From a virus: DNA of 64,000 nt. The stretch is taken from IMG/VR virus record IMGVR_UViG_3300045988_101578, positions 1 through 64,000 of that record, one strand, 5' to 3'. A program made the translations under genes and the position numbers. Numbering within the stretch: the first letter of the stretch is position 1; each line of letters opens with the position of its first letter. Of the stretch, positions 9,991 through 19,987 are shown piece after piece. The notes below the pieces were generated by a model, which was not told the origin of the DNA, did no database searches, and saw only the letters and a list, made by a program, of their open reading frames with translations.

Positions 9991-10226
9991 AACAGATTAT
10001 TCATTTCTTTGAACAGTTCTGCGGAATATCTTTTGTGTTATATGTGATTGTTTTCCTAGCTTGGTTATCGCTAAGAAAAATTGATCGTGAACATAATAAG
10101 GTATATTTAAGCAAATATATAGACGTATTAGAGGAAATATTAGAAGCTATTATGAAGCCTATGAAAGCAATTACGACATTATGGGTTATCGTAGCTTTCG
10201 GAATGCTTATTTATCAGCTGATTTAA
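9981..10226 (+). CDS. small membrane protein
   Basis: two hydrophobic helices. Confidence 0.4.
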   Translation: MELEQIIHFFEQFCGISFVLYVIVFLAWLSLRKIDREHNKVYLSKYIDVLEEILEAIMKPMKAITTLWVIVAFGMLIYQLI

Positions 10227-10246
10227 TTCCATATAATAATTTTGGC

Positions 10247-10276
10247 AAAGAACCGAACGGAAGGTTCTTTTTGTTT
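10247..10276 (+). terminator. rho-independent terminator 1
   Basis: agaaccgaacggaaggttct hairpin followed by ttttgtttt. Confidence 0.55.
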
Positions 10277-10292
10277 TACGGAAATATTTGGC

Positions 10293-10323
10293 AGGAACCG
10301 ATTTGGCAGGTCGGTTCTTTGTC
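10293..10323 (+). terminator. rho-independent terminator 2
   Basis: gaaccgatttggcaggtcggttc hairpin followed by tttg. Confidence 0.5.
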
Positions 10324-10548
10324 AAATTTATTATACACAAATTAATGATTAACTAAGCATAGAATTGTTAATAGGTAAGGTGTTAATTACATAGAGAACT
10401 AATAGGAATAGAATAGGTTTCTATTAGGATTGGCACACTAATAGTTGGAATTAAATGTTGATTTTATTCCTATTGGTTTACGGAATACAGTTATACAAAA
10501 ATAATGAGTGTAGAGAAAAATAAGACAGTTTAGAAAGGAAGATGAAGA

Positions 10549-11643
10549 ATGAACCTACAGTTAGTAAAAACGGAAAATTTTAACGATATAACGTGTGATT
10601 TTTATAGTGCTGACGATCAGTTGTGGATGAGCAGGCAACAGATTGGACTTGCATTAGAATATAAAGATCCTAGAGTCGCCATTGCAAAAATTCACGATGC
10701 TAATAAAGAAAGACTAGATAGAGATTCAGTTGTTACCAAATTGGAAACAACTGATGGAAAATCTTATTCTAGTTATATCTATAATGAACGTGGCATTTAT
10801 GAAATTTGTAGAAGAAGTAGACAGCCCAAGGCTGATGCCTTTATGGATTGGGTATGGGATGTGATTGGAGCTTATCGTCATGGAAATTTAAGAACAGGAA
10901 CTCCTGTAACGACAGTAGAGCAATTTCTTACAGAACAGACAGAACTTATGAGGCAGATGGAAAGAAACAATGAACGCCTATACAATGTTACTATCAAAGG
11001 TTTCAATCAATTAGCAGACATTGTGAAAGAGATGAAAGCCGAACGGAAAGAATTGTATAAGCAGATTGGCAAACCTACGAAAGATATTCCAGTCGTAGAT
11101 ACTGAAAGTGTTATTGCAGAATACAAACTCAATGAATGGAAATCCAATGTCTATTCTATTATTGATGATATTCTAAAAGAATCTGACGAACTAGGAACAA
11201 CTACTAGAGATATTCTTAAAGAAGTATACAGGTATCTCACTAACACATATGGAATTGTGTGGGAGCAGGATCGGAAAGAATACAAGGAGAAATATAATAT
11301 TAGCGAAAGAGGTAATGTACCAACGATTGATCTTTGCTATGACAAGTATCCTGATCTGCTAGTCAATTCATTGGAAAAAGTTTTACGGCAGTTTAGAAAA
11401 GAAAATGCACAGCCTGATTGGGAAGAAATGAAGATCAAGATTACTAATTATGCTAATCATATTGGAAATAAATCTAAAGGTGGAACGTCTGTTTATCGGA
11501 AAATTTACACTAAGATGACAGAGAATGGAGTTAACTGGGATGAGTATGCTCATGGAGTGCCTAAATCTCAACTTATTAAAACTAATGCAACTTTATACAA
11601 TAGATTTTATGAAGCTGCGGTGGAAATTATTTCAGAAGAATAG
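10549..11643 (+). CDS. Bro-N domain antirepressor-like protein
   Basis: N-terminal ...FYSADDQLWMSRQQIGLALEY...ERGIYEICRRSRQPKADAFMDWV fits Bro-N. Confidence 0.6.
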   Translation: MNLQLVKTENFNDITCDFYSADDQLWMSRQQIGLALEYKDPRVAIAKIHDANKERLDRDSVVTKLETTDGKSYSSYIYNERGIYEICRRSRQPKADAFMDWVWDVIGAYRHGNLRTGTPVTTVEQFLTEQTELMRQMERNNERLYNVTIKGFNQLADIVKEMKAERKELYKQIGKPTKDIPVVDTESVIAEYKLNEWKSNVYSIIDDILKESDELGTTTRDILKEVYRYLTNTYGIVWEQDRKEYKEKYNISERGNVPTIDLCYDKYPDLLVNSLEKVLRQFRKENAQPDWEEMKIKITNYANHIGNKSKGGTSVYRKIYTKMTENGVNWDEYAHGVPKSQLIKTNATLYNRFYEAAVEIISEE

Positions 11644-11692
11644 AGAGGTGTGATATAATTATGACACAAAACGAAAAAGGAGTTGTCTCAAA

Positions 11693-11962
11693 ATGAATAA
11701 ATTGGAAAACCGAAAAGAAGAAGCTAAAGAATATAGGAAATTAGTTGATAAATGTTTAGCTTTAATGGATAAATACGTTGGAGTAACATTTGGAATTCCT
11801 GTATGGGTAGATCGTGGCTCTCATACACTAGAGTTTAAAAAGAATGGAACTGATGAATGGAGACTCCTAACAAAAGAAGAAGTATCTAATATTATTGAAA
11901 AATATGAGATATTAGATTCTGTAGCGGCAAAGATTACAAAAGAAACCAATATGGGATATTGA
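11693..11962 (+). CDS. hypothetical protein
   Basis: ORF. Confidence 0.45.
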   Translation: MNKLENRKEEAKEYRKLVDKCLALMDKYVGVTFGIPVWVDRGSHTLEFKKNGTDEWRLLTKEEVSNIIEKYEILDSVAAKITKETNMGY

Positions 11963-11989
11963 AATCAAACAAATATTTGATCAGAAGGA

Positions 11990-12583
11990 GTGATGGAAAT
12001 GGAAGATAGATATATGTATAAAGATATGAGCAAAATTCTAAAAGATAGGCAGATTGGAGATTTTAAATTATCTCATTTTATAATAAGCAATCATGATGGG
12101 TATGCCATGTGTCATGGAATTACATCAGGAGATTATGTAAGATTAGAACATCGTGGCAGCGTCTTAATGTCTAATACACCAATGGAAAAAAGGACTAATG
12201 AAGATTTTGTAACAAATGCCCACGGAAAAGTTCTTATTGGTGGACTTGGAATTGGTTTGATTTTACTTGCGATTCAAGATGATCCAATGATAGATAAGAT
12301 TACTGTAGTGGAAAAGAATCAGGAAGTTATTGATTTGGTAGCAAGTCAGTTGCCATTGAACGATAAGGTAGAAATCATCTGTGAAGATGTATATGATTAT
12401 GTCCCAGAAGATTTTTATAATACAATTTATATGGACATTTGGAGCTTTATTAATGAAGATGTTTGTTACGATGAAATGTACCCACTCATGGATAAATATG
12501 AACAGTATTTAGATGTTAATGATGAAGATGGATATATTGATTGCTGGTGTAGATATGAGGCAGAGCATGGTATTAGAATTTAG
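11990..12583 (+). CDS. Rossmann-fold protein, possible SAM-dependent methyltransferase-like
   Basis: VLIGGLGIGLILLAI (motif I-like GxGxG), acidic VVEKN, EDVYDYV; weak. Confidence 0.3.
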   Translation: MMEMEDRYMYKDMSKILKDRQIGDFKLSHFIISNHDGYAMCHGITSGDYVRLEHRGSVLMSNTPMEKRTNEDFVTNAHGKVLIGGLGIGLILLAIQDDPMIDKITVVEKNQEVIDLVASQLPLNDKVEIICEDVYDYVPEDFYNTIYMDIWSFINEDVCYDEMYPLMDKYEQYLDVNDEDGYIDCWCRYEAEHGIRI

Positions 12584-12758
12584 AAATTGAGGTGATGTGA
12601 ATGGAAATATTAACATTAAAAGGTATTGGAAAATCCAAATTGTTCACACGATTATTAAGGCAATGCCCGACAGAAAATTGTTTGATTACAGTTATCCAAC
12701 TTGCATTGTAGCCTGCAAAGAATAAAATGAAACTTTGATAGAAAGGAAAGTGGTAAGT

Positions 12759-13748
12759 ATGGCTAAATATGAAGGTACTTACGCTTGTGGGCATGATGGC
12801 GTAGTAAATGTGATTGGAAAAATGAGTGAAAGACAGAGAAAAGCTGACTATGCTTTTTCTCATTTATGTCCGAAATGTGCAAAAGAAGAAAAAGAAAGAA
12901 AAATTGCAGAAGAAAACAAAAAGTCTAAAGAACTATCAGAAGAATACGGATTCCCAAACCTAACAGGAACGGAAAAACAAGTAGCATGGGGTAATACCAT
13001 TCGATTGGGTTTTTACAATGAGTTTGAAAACGACAGAACGGCACAATCTATTATTGAGAATGAAACGACAGCTTCTTTTTGGTTAGACTTAGACCGATTT
13101 ATTAGTAAACAAGATTTTCTGCGAAAATATAAACGAACTAAGAGGGAGAAAGAACGTCGAGAAAGAATCATTAGTATTGATGCTGTGGCACCAGAAAGAT
13201 TAGAACATGAAGGTGTTGTGGAAATTGTTAAAAAACTTGATAAAATATGCCTGTTTTATCTGAAAGATCAGGACTTCATCAATTTGGTTAAATCAAAAGA
13301 TTATAGATGGAATGAAGATGATTGTTGTTGGTGTCGTTGTCTGACCGAGAAAAGCGGAAATTATGCTGATAGAGTAGCAGAAATTGGACATGGCTTATTG
13401 CAGAATGGGTTTGCAATTTGTATTCATGATAGTGAAATTACAGAAATGGCAATCAGTGGAAATTATAAAAAAGAAAACACTCGTTGGATTAATTACGATT
13501 CAGAAGATAAAGTTCTAACATTGCGTTGGAGCGCAAGGAGTAATGAAATTTACAATGCTGCAAGGAAAATTATGAATAATCGGTATAGTCGGGATAAAGG
13601 GTGTGTGGAAGTACCTATAGCCAATTACAGGTCTGTAAATAACTTTGCGAAAAAGTATGATTTTTGTTATACTGAAAATGCACTTGATGCTATCGAACAG
13701 TATAAAAAAGAAGTCAGAGAAATGAGAAGGGTTAAGGTGGACAAGTAA
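12759..13748 (+). CDS. hypothetical protein with an N-terminal Cys4 zinc-ribbon-like motif
   Basis: CGHD...CPKC; start at ATG 12759 with RBS aaaggaaagtgg. Confidence 0.45.
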   Translation: MAKYEGTYACGHDGVVNVIGKMSERQRKADYAFSHLCPKCAKEEKERKIAEENKKSKELSEEYGFPNLTGTEKQVAWGNTIRLGFYNEFENDRTAQSIIENETTASFWLDLDRFISKQDFLRKYKRTKREKERRERIISIDAVAPERLEHEGVVEIVKKLDKICLFYLKDQDFINLVKSKDYRWNEDDCCWCRCLTEKSGNYADRVAEIGHGLLQNGFAICIHDSEITEMAISGNYKKENTRWINYDSEDKVLTLRWSARSNEIYNAARKIMNNRYSRDKGCVEVPIANYRSVNNFAKKYDFCYTENALDAIEQYKKEVREMRRVKVDK

Positions 13749-14533
13749 TGGAATATATTAATCATTATACTCTGTTGACAGGGCATATGAGAAAATCTTA
13801 TTCAGAGGAAATCAGTAGTGAAATAAGAACTAGAATGAGAGAGCTTATTGAATTTGATAGGAATGTATCATCTAATTACACAGTACCGTTTATGGATGGA
13901 ACTAAATTGCACATTACTGCGGATGGAGCTTTCTATTGTGCAGAAGTTATATTAGAAGCTGAAGGCGAAAATATTGTATTGCTGACAACAGTAGGATGCA
14001 AAGATAGAAGCGGATTATCCCTTGCAATGAGATCAATAGAGTGTGCGTACAAAGATTTGTTTGGAAAATCCTTGGGTGAATATCACCCAGAACTGCCATT
14101 CATTGTAGATATTCCAACGCCATTTTGTACCATAATCTCAAACTGGTCAGGGGATTTTTGCAGAACATTGGCATGGTCAGTTTTTGATGACAAAGATGAT
14201 CAGCCGACAGAAGAAAAAGTAGAAACAAATACAATTCGTAGAAGTGTAGAAGATCTTCACGGAGTAAAGAAAGATAATTATAAAGGACTTCCAGAGGAAT
14301 TAAAAGAATTCAATTATTATTTTGCTGATTGTGGACATTCTATCCTTGCAATTCCAGAATGTAAGTTAGACGAAGCAATTAAAGATGGAGATTTGGATAT
14401 GTTTGAATGTCCGTTCCCTGTAAAATATGTTCTTGAAAAAGGATATAGAATGTATAAAGATCATGTAGTTTGTGACGCAGAATATCATCCTGCATTTGGG
14501 TTAGTAATTGACGAAGAATGGGATGAATTTTAG
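13748..14533 (+). CDS. hypothetical protein
   Basis: ORF overlapping the upstream stop (ATGA). Confidence 0.5.
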   Translation: MEYINHYTLLTGHMRKSYSEEISSEIRTRMRELIEFDRNVSSNYTVPFMDGTKLHITADGAFYCAEVILEAEGENIVLLTTVGCKDRSGLSLAMRSIECAYKDLFGKSLGEYHPELPFIVDIPTPFCTIISNWSGDFCRTLAWSVFDDKDDQPTEEKVETNTIRRSVEDLHGVKKDNYKGLPEELKEFNYYFADCGHSILAIPECKLDEAIKDGDLDMFECPFPVKYVLEKGYRMYKDHVVCDAEYHPAFGLVIDEEWDEF

Positions 14534-14560
14534 AGCAACTTAATAAGATAGAACAAGTTA

Positions 14561-14594
14561 AAGCATATCATTTTTTGTAATGGTATGCTTTAAA
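14561..14594 (+). terminator. possible terminator hairpin (aaagcata...tatgcttt)
   Basis: imperfect 12-bp inverted repeat downstream of a stop codon. Confidence 0.35.
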
Positions 14595-14617
14595 AATATA
14601 GAAAGGAATGAGAGTAG

Positions 14618-15001
14618 GTGAAAGATAAAGAAAAGAAATTTATATCAAAAGGAGATATAGATTTTGCTTATGGTAAAGATGGAATGATGCATAGGGTATG
14701 GCAGCTTGAAGATTTAAGAAGGTTATATCATGGTGTTTTAACAGATGATATGATAAAAGATATGCATTGTACCTATAATATTTATGATCTATTCAGTGGA
14801 AAAGAGTTTCTACAAATGGTTGAAGAAGATTGTATTATAGATTATGATGGTTCTCTATCGGATATTTTCGTCGATGGATACAAAAGTAACTTAGGACTTG
14901 TAGCTAACAATTTTTGTCAAGGAAAATTCTTAGTAACAACGGAAATATTCAGAGAATTATGTGATGAATATGATATTCAAGTTAACTGGGCAAATAAATA
15001 A
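14618..15001 (+). CDS. hypothetical protein (GTG start)
   Basis: ORF. Confidence 0.4.
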   Translation: MKDKEKKFISKGDIDFAYGKDGMMHRVWQLEDLRRLYHGVLTDDMIKDMHCTYNIYDLFSGKEFLQMVEEDCIIDYDGSLSDIFVDGYKSNLGLVANNFCQGKFLVTTEIFRELCDEYDIQVNWANK

Positions 15002-15025
15002 GCAAATGGAAAGGAAGTTGGATAA

Positions 15026-15754
15026 ATGAGAGAAAATGCTAGGAAAGAAGGAGATTATATAATATCAGAAGATGCTCTTGGGACATCATATAAACACCCA
15101 TCATTTGGAATGTTATCATTCAATCGTACTCATGGCGGGCATAGCAATTTATTTGGCAGTAGCATTCAGCATAACGATACAATCCATATGGTATTAAGGG
15201 AAGGTGTGGTTACAAGGGGGCTCAATGATGATTGGTATGTTGGAGAAGATGAGATTCTGGAAGTAGAAATGTCGCAATCACAATTTGCGGAATTAATTAC
15301 TTCTATGAACGTTGGAACAGGTACTCCATGTACTATTAAATATTTACGTGGTAAAGGACGTATTAACGAAGCGGATTTTATCAATAAAAGACAGCAGATA
15401 ACAAATGAATTTAAAGAGTCTATGAACGAGCGTATGAGCAATGCAAAAGAATTTTATGATGAAGTCAAGGAGCTTTTTACTACGAAGAAATCTATTGGAA
15501 AAGGTGATCGAGAAATGATTCTAAGAAGACTTGCCAACGTGACTCAAGGTATGGAATCTAGTTCAAAATTTATCTTTGATCAATTCCAAAATCAGATAGA
15601 CAAAACAATTACAGAAGCTAAAGGAGAAATCGAGGCTTTTGCACAGAATAAAATTAATGCAATAGCTCAACAGGCTCTTGTAGAACAGAAAGAAGATATT
15701 TTAAAATTAGAGAATCCTGTTGATGTAAATCATATGGAACTTGATGAAGAATAA
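15026..15754 (+). CDS. hypothetical protein
   Basis: ORF with RBS aaaggaag. Confidence 0.5.
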   Translation: MRENARKEGDYIISEDALGTSYKHPSFGMLSFNRTHGGHSNLFGSSIQHNDTIHMVLREGVVTRGLNDDWYVGEDEILEVEMSQSQFAELITSMNVGTGTPCTIKYLRGKGRINEADFINKRQQITNEFKESMNERMSNAKEFYDEVKELFTTKKSIGKGDREMILRRLANVTQGMESSSKFIFDQFQNQIDKTITEAKGEIEAFAQNKINAIAQQALVEQKEDILKLENPVDVNHMELDEE

Positions 15755-15782
15755 AACGAAAATTTGATAGGTGGTGGTACGA

Positions 15783-16157
15783 ATGGTGGATTTGAATGAT
15801 CACAAATGTACGTTTGAATATACAGATGATGAACTGTTGGAGCAGGGAAAGTTAGACATTCAGGTAAGATCACATGGAATAAGAGACGATAGAACTTTTT
15901 TAGAACAATATATAGTCTTGGAAGAAATCGGCAAGCGATGGATTCGAGAACATGAAAATATGAAGAAAGAAAATATCGTGAGTAATCAGTTCAAAAGCTG
16001 GAGCGATGATAAGTTGTTGAAATTTTATAAGGAACGAAAAGAAATTTATAATGGAAATTTCCCTATCTCGTATATTAATATGTTAGCGGAAATTTCTGAT
16101 CGTTGGATTAAACAGAATGAAATTAAAGAGATAGAATTAGAAGAAGGTGCTAAATGA
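15783..16157 (+). CDS. hypothetical protein (ATG 15783 after RBS ggtggtgg)
   Basis: track ORF 15771..16157. Confidence 0.45.
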   Translation: MVDLNDHKCTFEYTDDELLEQGKLDIQVRSHGIRDDRTFLEQYIVLEEIGKRWIREHENMKKENIVSNQFKSWSDDKLLKFYKERKEIYNGNFPISYINMLAEISDRWIKQNEIKEIELEEGAK

Positions 16158-16399
16158 GAAAACCAATAACAAAATGTCCGCACTGCGGAAGTGATCGTGG
16201 AATGGCTGTTAGGTTTAAAGCTACTGGAACCGATATATATAGTTTTGATGGACATTTTCAAGATGAAGAAATTATTGAATACTGTACATATAATAAATGT
16301 ATGACATGCTGTGACTGTGGTAAACGTATAATGAGTTATGATGAATTTATGACACATTATGCAATTGATGAATTAACAGGTAAGCATTTAAAACAGTGA
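16154..16399 (+). CDS. zinc-ribbon protein
   Basis: CPHCGS ... CMTCCDCGKR. Confidence 0.45.
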   Translation: MRKPITKCPHCGSDRGMAVRFKATGTDIYSFDGHFQDEEIIEYCTYNKCMTCCDCGKRIMSYDEFMTHYAIDELTGKHLKQ

Positions 16400-16439
16400 A
16401 AGGAGAATTTTATCTCCATATATAGAGGGGAGTGATGCC

Positions 16440-17162
16440 ATGAGTAACACAGGATGGATCAAACTCCATCGGAAAATTACAGATCATTGGCTATGGGAAG
16501 ACAAACCATTTGCCAGAGGACAAGCAATGATTGACTTACTTATTCTCGCAGGTTATAATAATCAACCTAAGTATGTTGATGGAAACTTAGAAATAGTCGA
16601 GCGAGGATCGATGGTTACTTCGATCAGAAGATTGTGTGATCGATGGGGGTGGAGTAATTCAAAGGTTATCAAATTTTTAAAGACACTGGAAAACGACAGT
16701 ATCATACATGTAAAAAGCGACACTAAAAAGACGGTCATAACCATAGTAAATTACAGTGTTTATCAAGGTTTTGTAGACGAACAAGCTACACAGAAACGAC
16801 ACCAAAACGACGCAGAAGCGACACATAAAAAGAAAGTAAAGAATAATAATAAATATAATAATAATAATATAAAGCGATTCACACCGCCTGATTGCGAGCA
16901 AGTCTCCAGATATTGTCAACAAAGAAACAATGGGATTGATCCAGAAGAGTTTGTGGATTATTACACAGCCAAAGATTGGATGATGGGCAATAGCAAGATG
17001 CAAGACTGGAAGGCAGCAGTACGAAACTGGGAACGAAATCAGGCTAAGAAGAACGCTAAACAAAAGCCAAAGGTAACGAACCTTGCACACTTGGAATGTG
17101 ATCGTGATTATGATTTTGGTGCGTTGGAAAGACAGTTGTTTGAGAAGCAGATGACAGGATAA
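16440..17162 (+). CDS. phage replication initiator / replisome organizer (N-terminal HTH domain plus Phg_2220_C-like C-terminus)
   Basis: N-terminus IKLHRKITDHWLWEDKPF...ITIVNYSVYQ typical of Firmicute phage replisome organizers; C-terminus FTPPDCEQVSRYCQQRNNGIDPEEFVDYYTAKDWMMGNSKMQDWKAAVRNWERN matches the conserved phage C-terminal domain. Confidence 0.65.
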   Translation: MSNTGWIKLHRKITDHWLWEDKPFARGQAMIDLLILAGYNNQPKYVDGNLEIVERGSMVTSIRRLCDRWGWSNSKVIKFLKTLENDSIIHVKSDTKKTVITIVNYSVYQGFVDEQATQKRHQNDAEATHKKKVKNNNKYNNNNIKRFTPPDCEQVSRYCQQRNNGIDPEEFVDYYTAKDWMMGNSKMQDWKAAVRNWERNQAKKNAKQKPKVTNLAHLECDRDYDFGALERQLFEKQMTG

Positions 17163-17240
17163 GTTTGACGAAAGGATGGAAAAATGTCAGAAAATATTTA
17201 TATTCACTACGGAAGTGATAAGTTTTAGAAAGAGTTGTTT

Positions 17241-17648
17241 ATGTCAATTGTGAACAGAAACATGATTAACAAACCATTTGGAGGTTTATGGGCATCGGAT
17301 ATAAAGGCGGATCAGCCGTGGGAGAAATGGTGTATTGATAATGATTTTAGAATTGATAAACTAGACAAAAACTTTAAATTTACATTGGATGATTCGGCAA
17401 ATATTGTTGAATGGACAGCGAAAGCCGATTTAAAGCAGGTTCCAACGCAAGATCTATCGGGATATCTCCCAGAATATTTATTTGATACAATGGGCGTTGT
17501 GCCAGATTTTGAGAAGATGGTCGAAGATGGAGTTGATGCAATTAAGCTTAATTTATCCAAAGGTGATTATGAGTTATATTATGAGCTTTACGGTTGGGAT
17601 TGTGATAGTATTCTGATCATGAATCCTGATATTATTAGACCATTGTAG
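17241..17648 (+). CDS. hypothetical protein
   Basis: track ORF 17235 (TTG); ATG at 17241. Confidence 0.45.
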   Translation: MSIVNRNMINKPFGGLWASDIKADQPWEKWCIDNDFRIDKLDKNFKFTLDDSANIVEWTAKADLKQVPTQDLSGYLPEYLFDTMGVVPDFEKMVEDGVDAIKLNLSKGDYELYYELYGWDCDSILIMNPDIIRPL

Positions 17649-17672
17649 AAATTGAATAACAGAATGAGATTG

Positions 17673-17699
17673 AGAAGCTTAGGGGCTTCTTTTTATTTT
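17673..17699 (+). terminator. rho-independent terminator
   Basis: agaagc-ttaggg-gcttct followed by ttttatttt. Confidence 0.6.
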
Positions 17700-17801
17700 G
17701 CCTAAATTTAGAGAATAGGAGTAAGAATTATGGAATTAATCGAAGTAGAAATTAGACCAGAAGTACGTGAACAGTGTAATAATTAGAGAGGAGAGATTAT
17801 C

Positions 17802-18752
17802 ATGGCAGCAACACAGTTTGAAGTTATTGAAACAGTAAACAATAATAACGCAGAAGAATCTGAAACAAAGATTAAAAGACGTAAGGATGGAAGTCCTAAA
17901 TGGACTCGATCTAACAAACAGAAAGGCGTATCATCTTTAGTGTATCCGATCAAGGACAGAAAACAATTTGCAGCCTTTAATGCATATTTTAGAGACCAGA
18001 TTGATAAATCGTACACAGAGTACAAACGATATGTAGCTGCCAGAAACAATCTTTTGGTTGCAGTTGGAAACAATACAGCATATCGTATCTCTGATATCGT
18101 CAGACTCAAATGGGGCGATTTATTAGACGATAAGACTCGTAAGCAGGAAAAGAAAACAAAGAAATTCAGAACTGTATACTTTAACGATTTGGTAACTGAA
18201 GCAGTGGATATTTTCTTTGAAGCTGTTGCAGGAACTAAATATGATGTCAAGATTGATGGCGAAGTGCCAATGGATGATTATGTTTTTGGAACATGTAAGT
18301 CTGGATCAGGACACATGACTGAAGCAAATGCTTTGGATTTTGTTAAAAAAGGTGCTAAAGCAGTTGGAATTGAGGACAATATTGGTACGCATACATTACG
18401 AAAGAACTTTGTGTATTGGACACTTGTCGATCATAAAGATGATCAGAACGTATTGTATACACTTATGAGATTATTGAATCATAGTAGCCCTGCAATGACA
18501 TTTCTGTATGCAACAATCACAGAGGAAGAAACTCATGTATTGTTTGATGATATTGCGCAGACATACAAGGAAATTATCAGTGGGGCTTTTAACGGATTGA
18601 AGGAAAATGTTGTTAATGTGAGTTATGATAGAGTTATGGAGATTATCAAGTTTGCTTATAAGACTGGCAAAGATGATGCAGATCAAGATGATAGAGTACA
18701 TGAAGATAATATGCAGGCATTAGAAGAGTTATTGGAAGGAGTAATTGTATGA
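17802..18752 (+). CDS. tyrosine recombinase / phage integrase family protein
   Basis: box I AYRISDIVRLKWGDL; HTLRKNF (HxxR); LNHSSPAMTFLYAT (catalytic Tyr context). Confidence 0.7.
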   Translation: MAATQFEVIETVNNNNAEESETKIKRRKDGSPKWTRSNKQKGVSSLVYPIKDRKQFAAFNAYFRDQIDKSYTEYKRYVAARNNLLVAVGNNTAYRISDIVRLKWGDLLDDKTRKQEKKTKKFRTVYFNDLVTEAVDIFFEAVAGTKYDVKIDGEVPMDDYVFGTCKSGSGHMTEANALDFVKKGAKAVGIEDNIGTHTLRKNFVYWTLVDHKDDQNVLYTLMRLLNHSSPAMTFLYATITEEETHVLFDDIAQTYKEIISGAFNGLKENVVNVSYDRVMEIIKFAYKTGKDDADQDDRVHEDNMQALEELLEGVIV

Positions 18753-19495
18753 TATTTGTAACAGGAGATACACATGGGGATTGGATGACTCGATTAAACA
18801 GTCGTTCTTTCCCAGAGGGAGTTGAGTTAACCAAAGATGATTATGTGATTATCTGCGGAGATTTTGGACTGTGGCATGACACAAAAGAAGAACGATATAA
18901 TCTGGAATGGTTAGATAACAAGCCATTTACTACATTGTTTGTATGTGGGAATCATGAAAATTACGACCGCTTATATCAATATCCTGTAGAGAAATGGTGT
19001 GGCGGAAAGATTCACAAGATCAAAGACTCTGTATTTCATCTTATGCGTGGACAGGTGTTTGAAATTCAAGTAAAGAAATTCTTTACATTTGGCGGTGCCA
19101 GTTCCCATGATGTGCAAGATGGAATTTTAGAGCCAGACGATCCAAGAATTAATGAATGGTACAGAGATTATGACAAAATGTTTAGGATTAATCATGTGAG
19201 CTGGTGGAAAGAAGAATTGCCTTCAGAGGAGGAAATGACAGAAGGTATGATGAATCTGAAGCAGAATGGATCGCAAGTGGATTATATAATTACACATAGT
19301 CCATATGCATCTGTATTATGTCAAATGGATCAAGGATTAGGAGTGTATAAAACAGATATATTGACGGATTATTTGCAAGAGATTAAAGAATCTGTTGAAT
19401 ATAAAAAGTGGTTCTTTGGACATATGCATGTGAACCAGAACTTTCCAGGAGATAATGCGATTGCAATTTACGAACAAATTATTAGGATTTTATAG
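18749..19495 (+). CDS. calcineurin-like metallophosphoesterase
   Basis: GDTHGD, GDFGLW, GNHENYD motifs. Confidence 0.75.
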   Translation: MIFVTGDTHGDWMTRLNSRSFPEGVELTKDDYVIICGDFGLWHDTKEERYNLEWLDNKPFTTLFVCGNHENYDRLYQYPVEKWCGGKIHKIKDSVFHLMRGQVFEIQVKKFFTFGGASSHDVQDGILEPDDPRINEWYRDYDKMFRINHVSWWKEELPSEEEMTEGMMNLKQNGSQVDYIITHSPYASVLCQMDQGLGVYKTDILTDYLQEIKESVEYKKWFFGHMHVNQNFPGDNAIAIYEQIIRIL

Positions 19496-19506
19496 GAGAA
19501 TTTTGT

Positions 19507-19827
19507 ATGAAGATAAATACGATTAGACAAAATAAGGAAGAAAAGAAAGCAAACCAGAATCTTATGTGGATTTCAGCAGAGATTCCACCATTAAAACCAG
19601 ATAATGCATCACGTTACATGAGGTATAAAACATATCCTGTTATTGTGGATTACAAATATAATGATGGATGTGTGGACGAAGTGCTTGATTTTTGTGACTA
19701 TGATTTTGAAGAAAAGAAATGGAAACTGGATAAGCCTCATAAAGTTAGACAGTATTTCCCCCTTCCAAGTAAGCACAAAGTAAAGTGTTCGAACAAAAAG
19801 AGAACATCTGTTCGAAAAATATCTTGA
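19507..19827 (+). CDS. hypothetical protein
   Basis: ORF. Confidence 0.45.
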   Translation: MKINTIRQNKEEKKANQNLMWISAEIPPLKPDNASRYMRYKTYPVIVDYKYNDGCVDEVLDFCDYDFEEKKWKLDKPHKVRQYFPLPSKHKVKCSNKKRTSVRKIS

Positions 19828-19881
19828 TTTTGTTCTATGGTAGCATTATAATAAGAAATGTAGAGATTCTTTGTTCACAAC

Positions 19882-19933
19882 AAAAATTAACTTTCTTTCT
19901 TGCACCTATTGACAGGGTGCAAAAAGTATGGTA
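19882..19933 (+). repeat. 52-bp direct repeat copy A (aaaaattaactttctttcttgcacctattgacagggtgcaaaaagtatggta); contains the hairpin ttgcacc/ggtgcaa
   Basis: exact second copy at 61950..62001. Confidence 0.9.
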
Positions 19934-19987
19934 TATTTAATTCATGAAAATAAAAAATACAACTGGGGAAAGTTGAGGGACGTAAAA

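Noticed and set aside
19928-19987. Track start codon ATG at 19928 for the MazF-like gene
   Set aside because: That ATG lies inside the 52-bp repeat. The ATG at 19988 has an RBS, and the EndoA homology begins after it.
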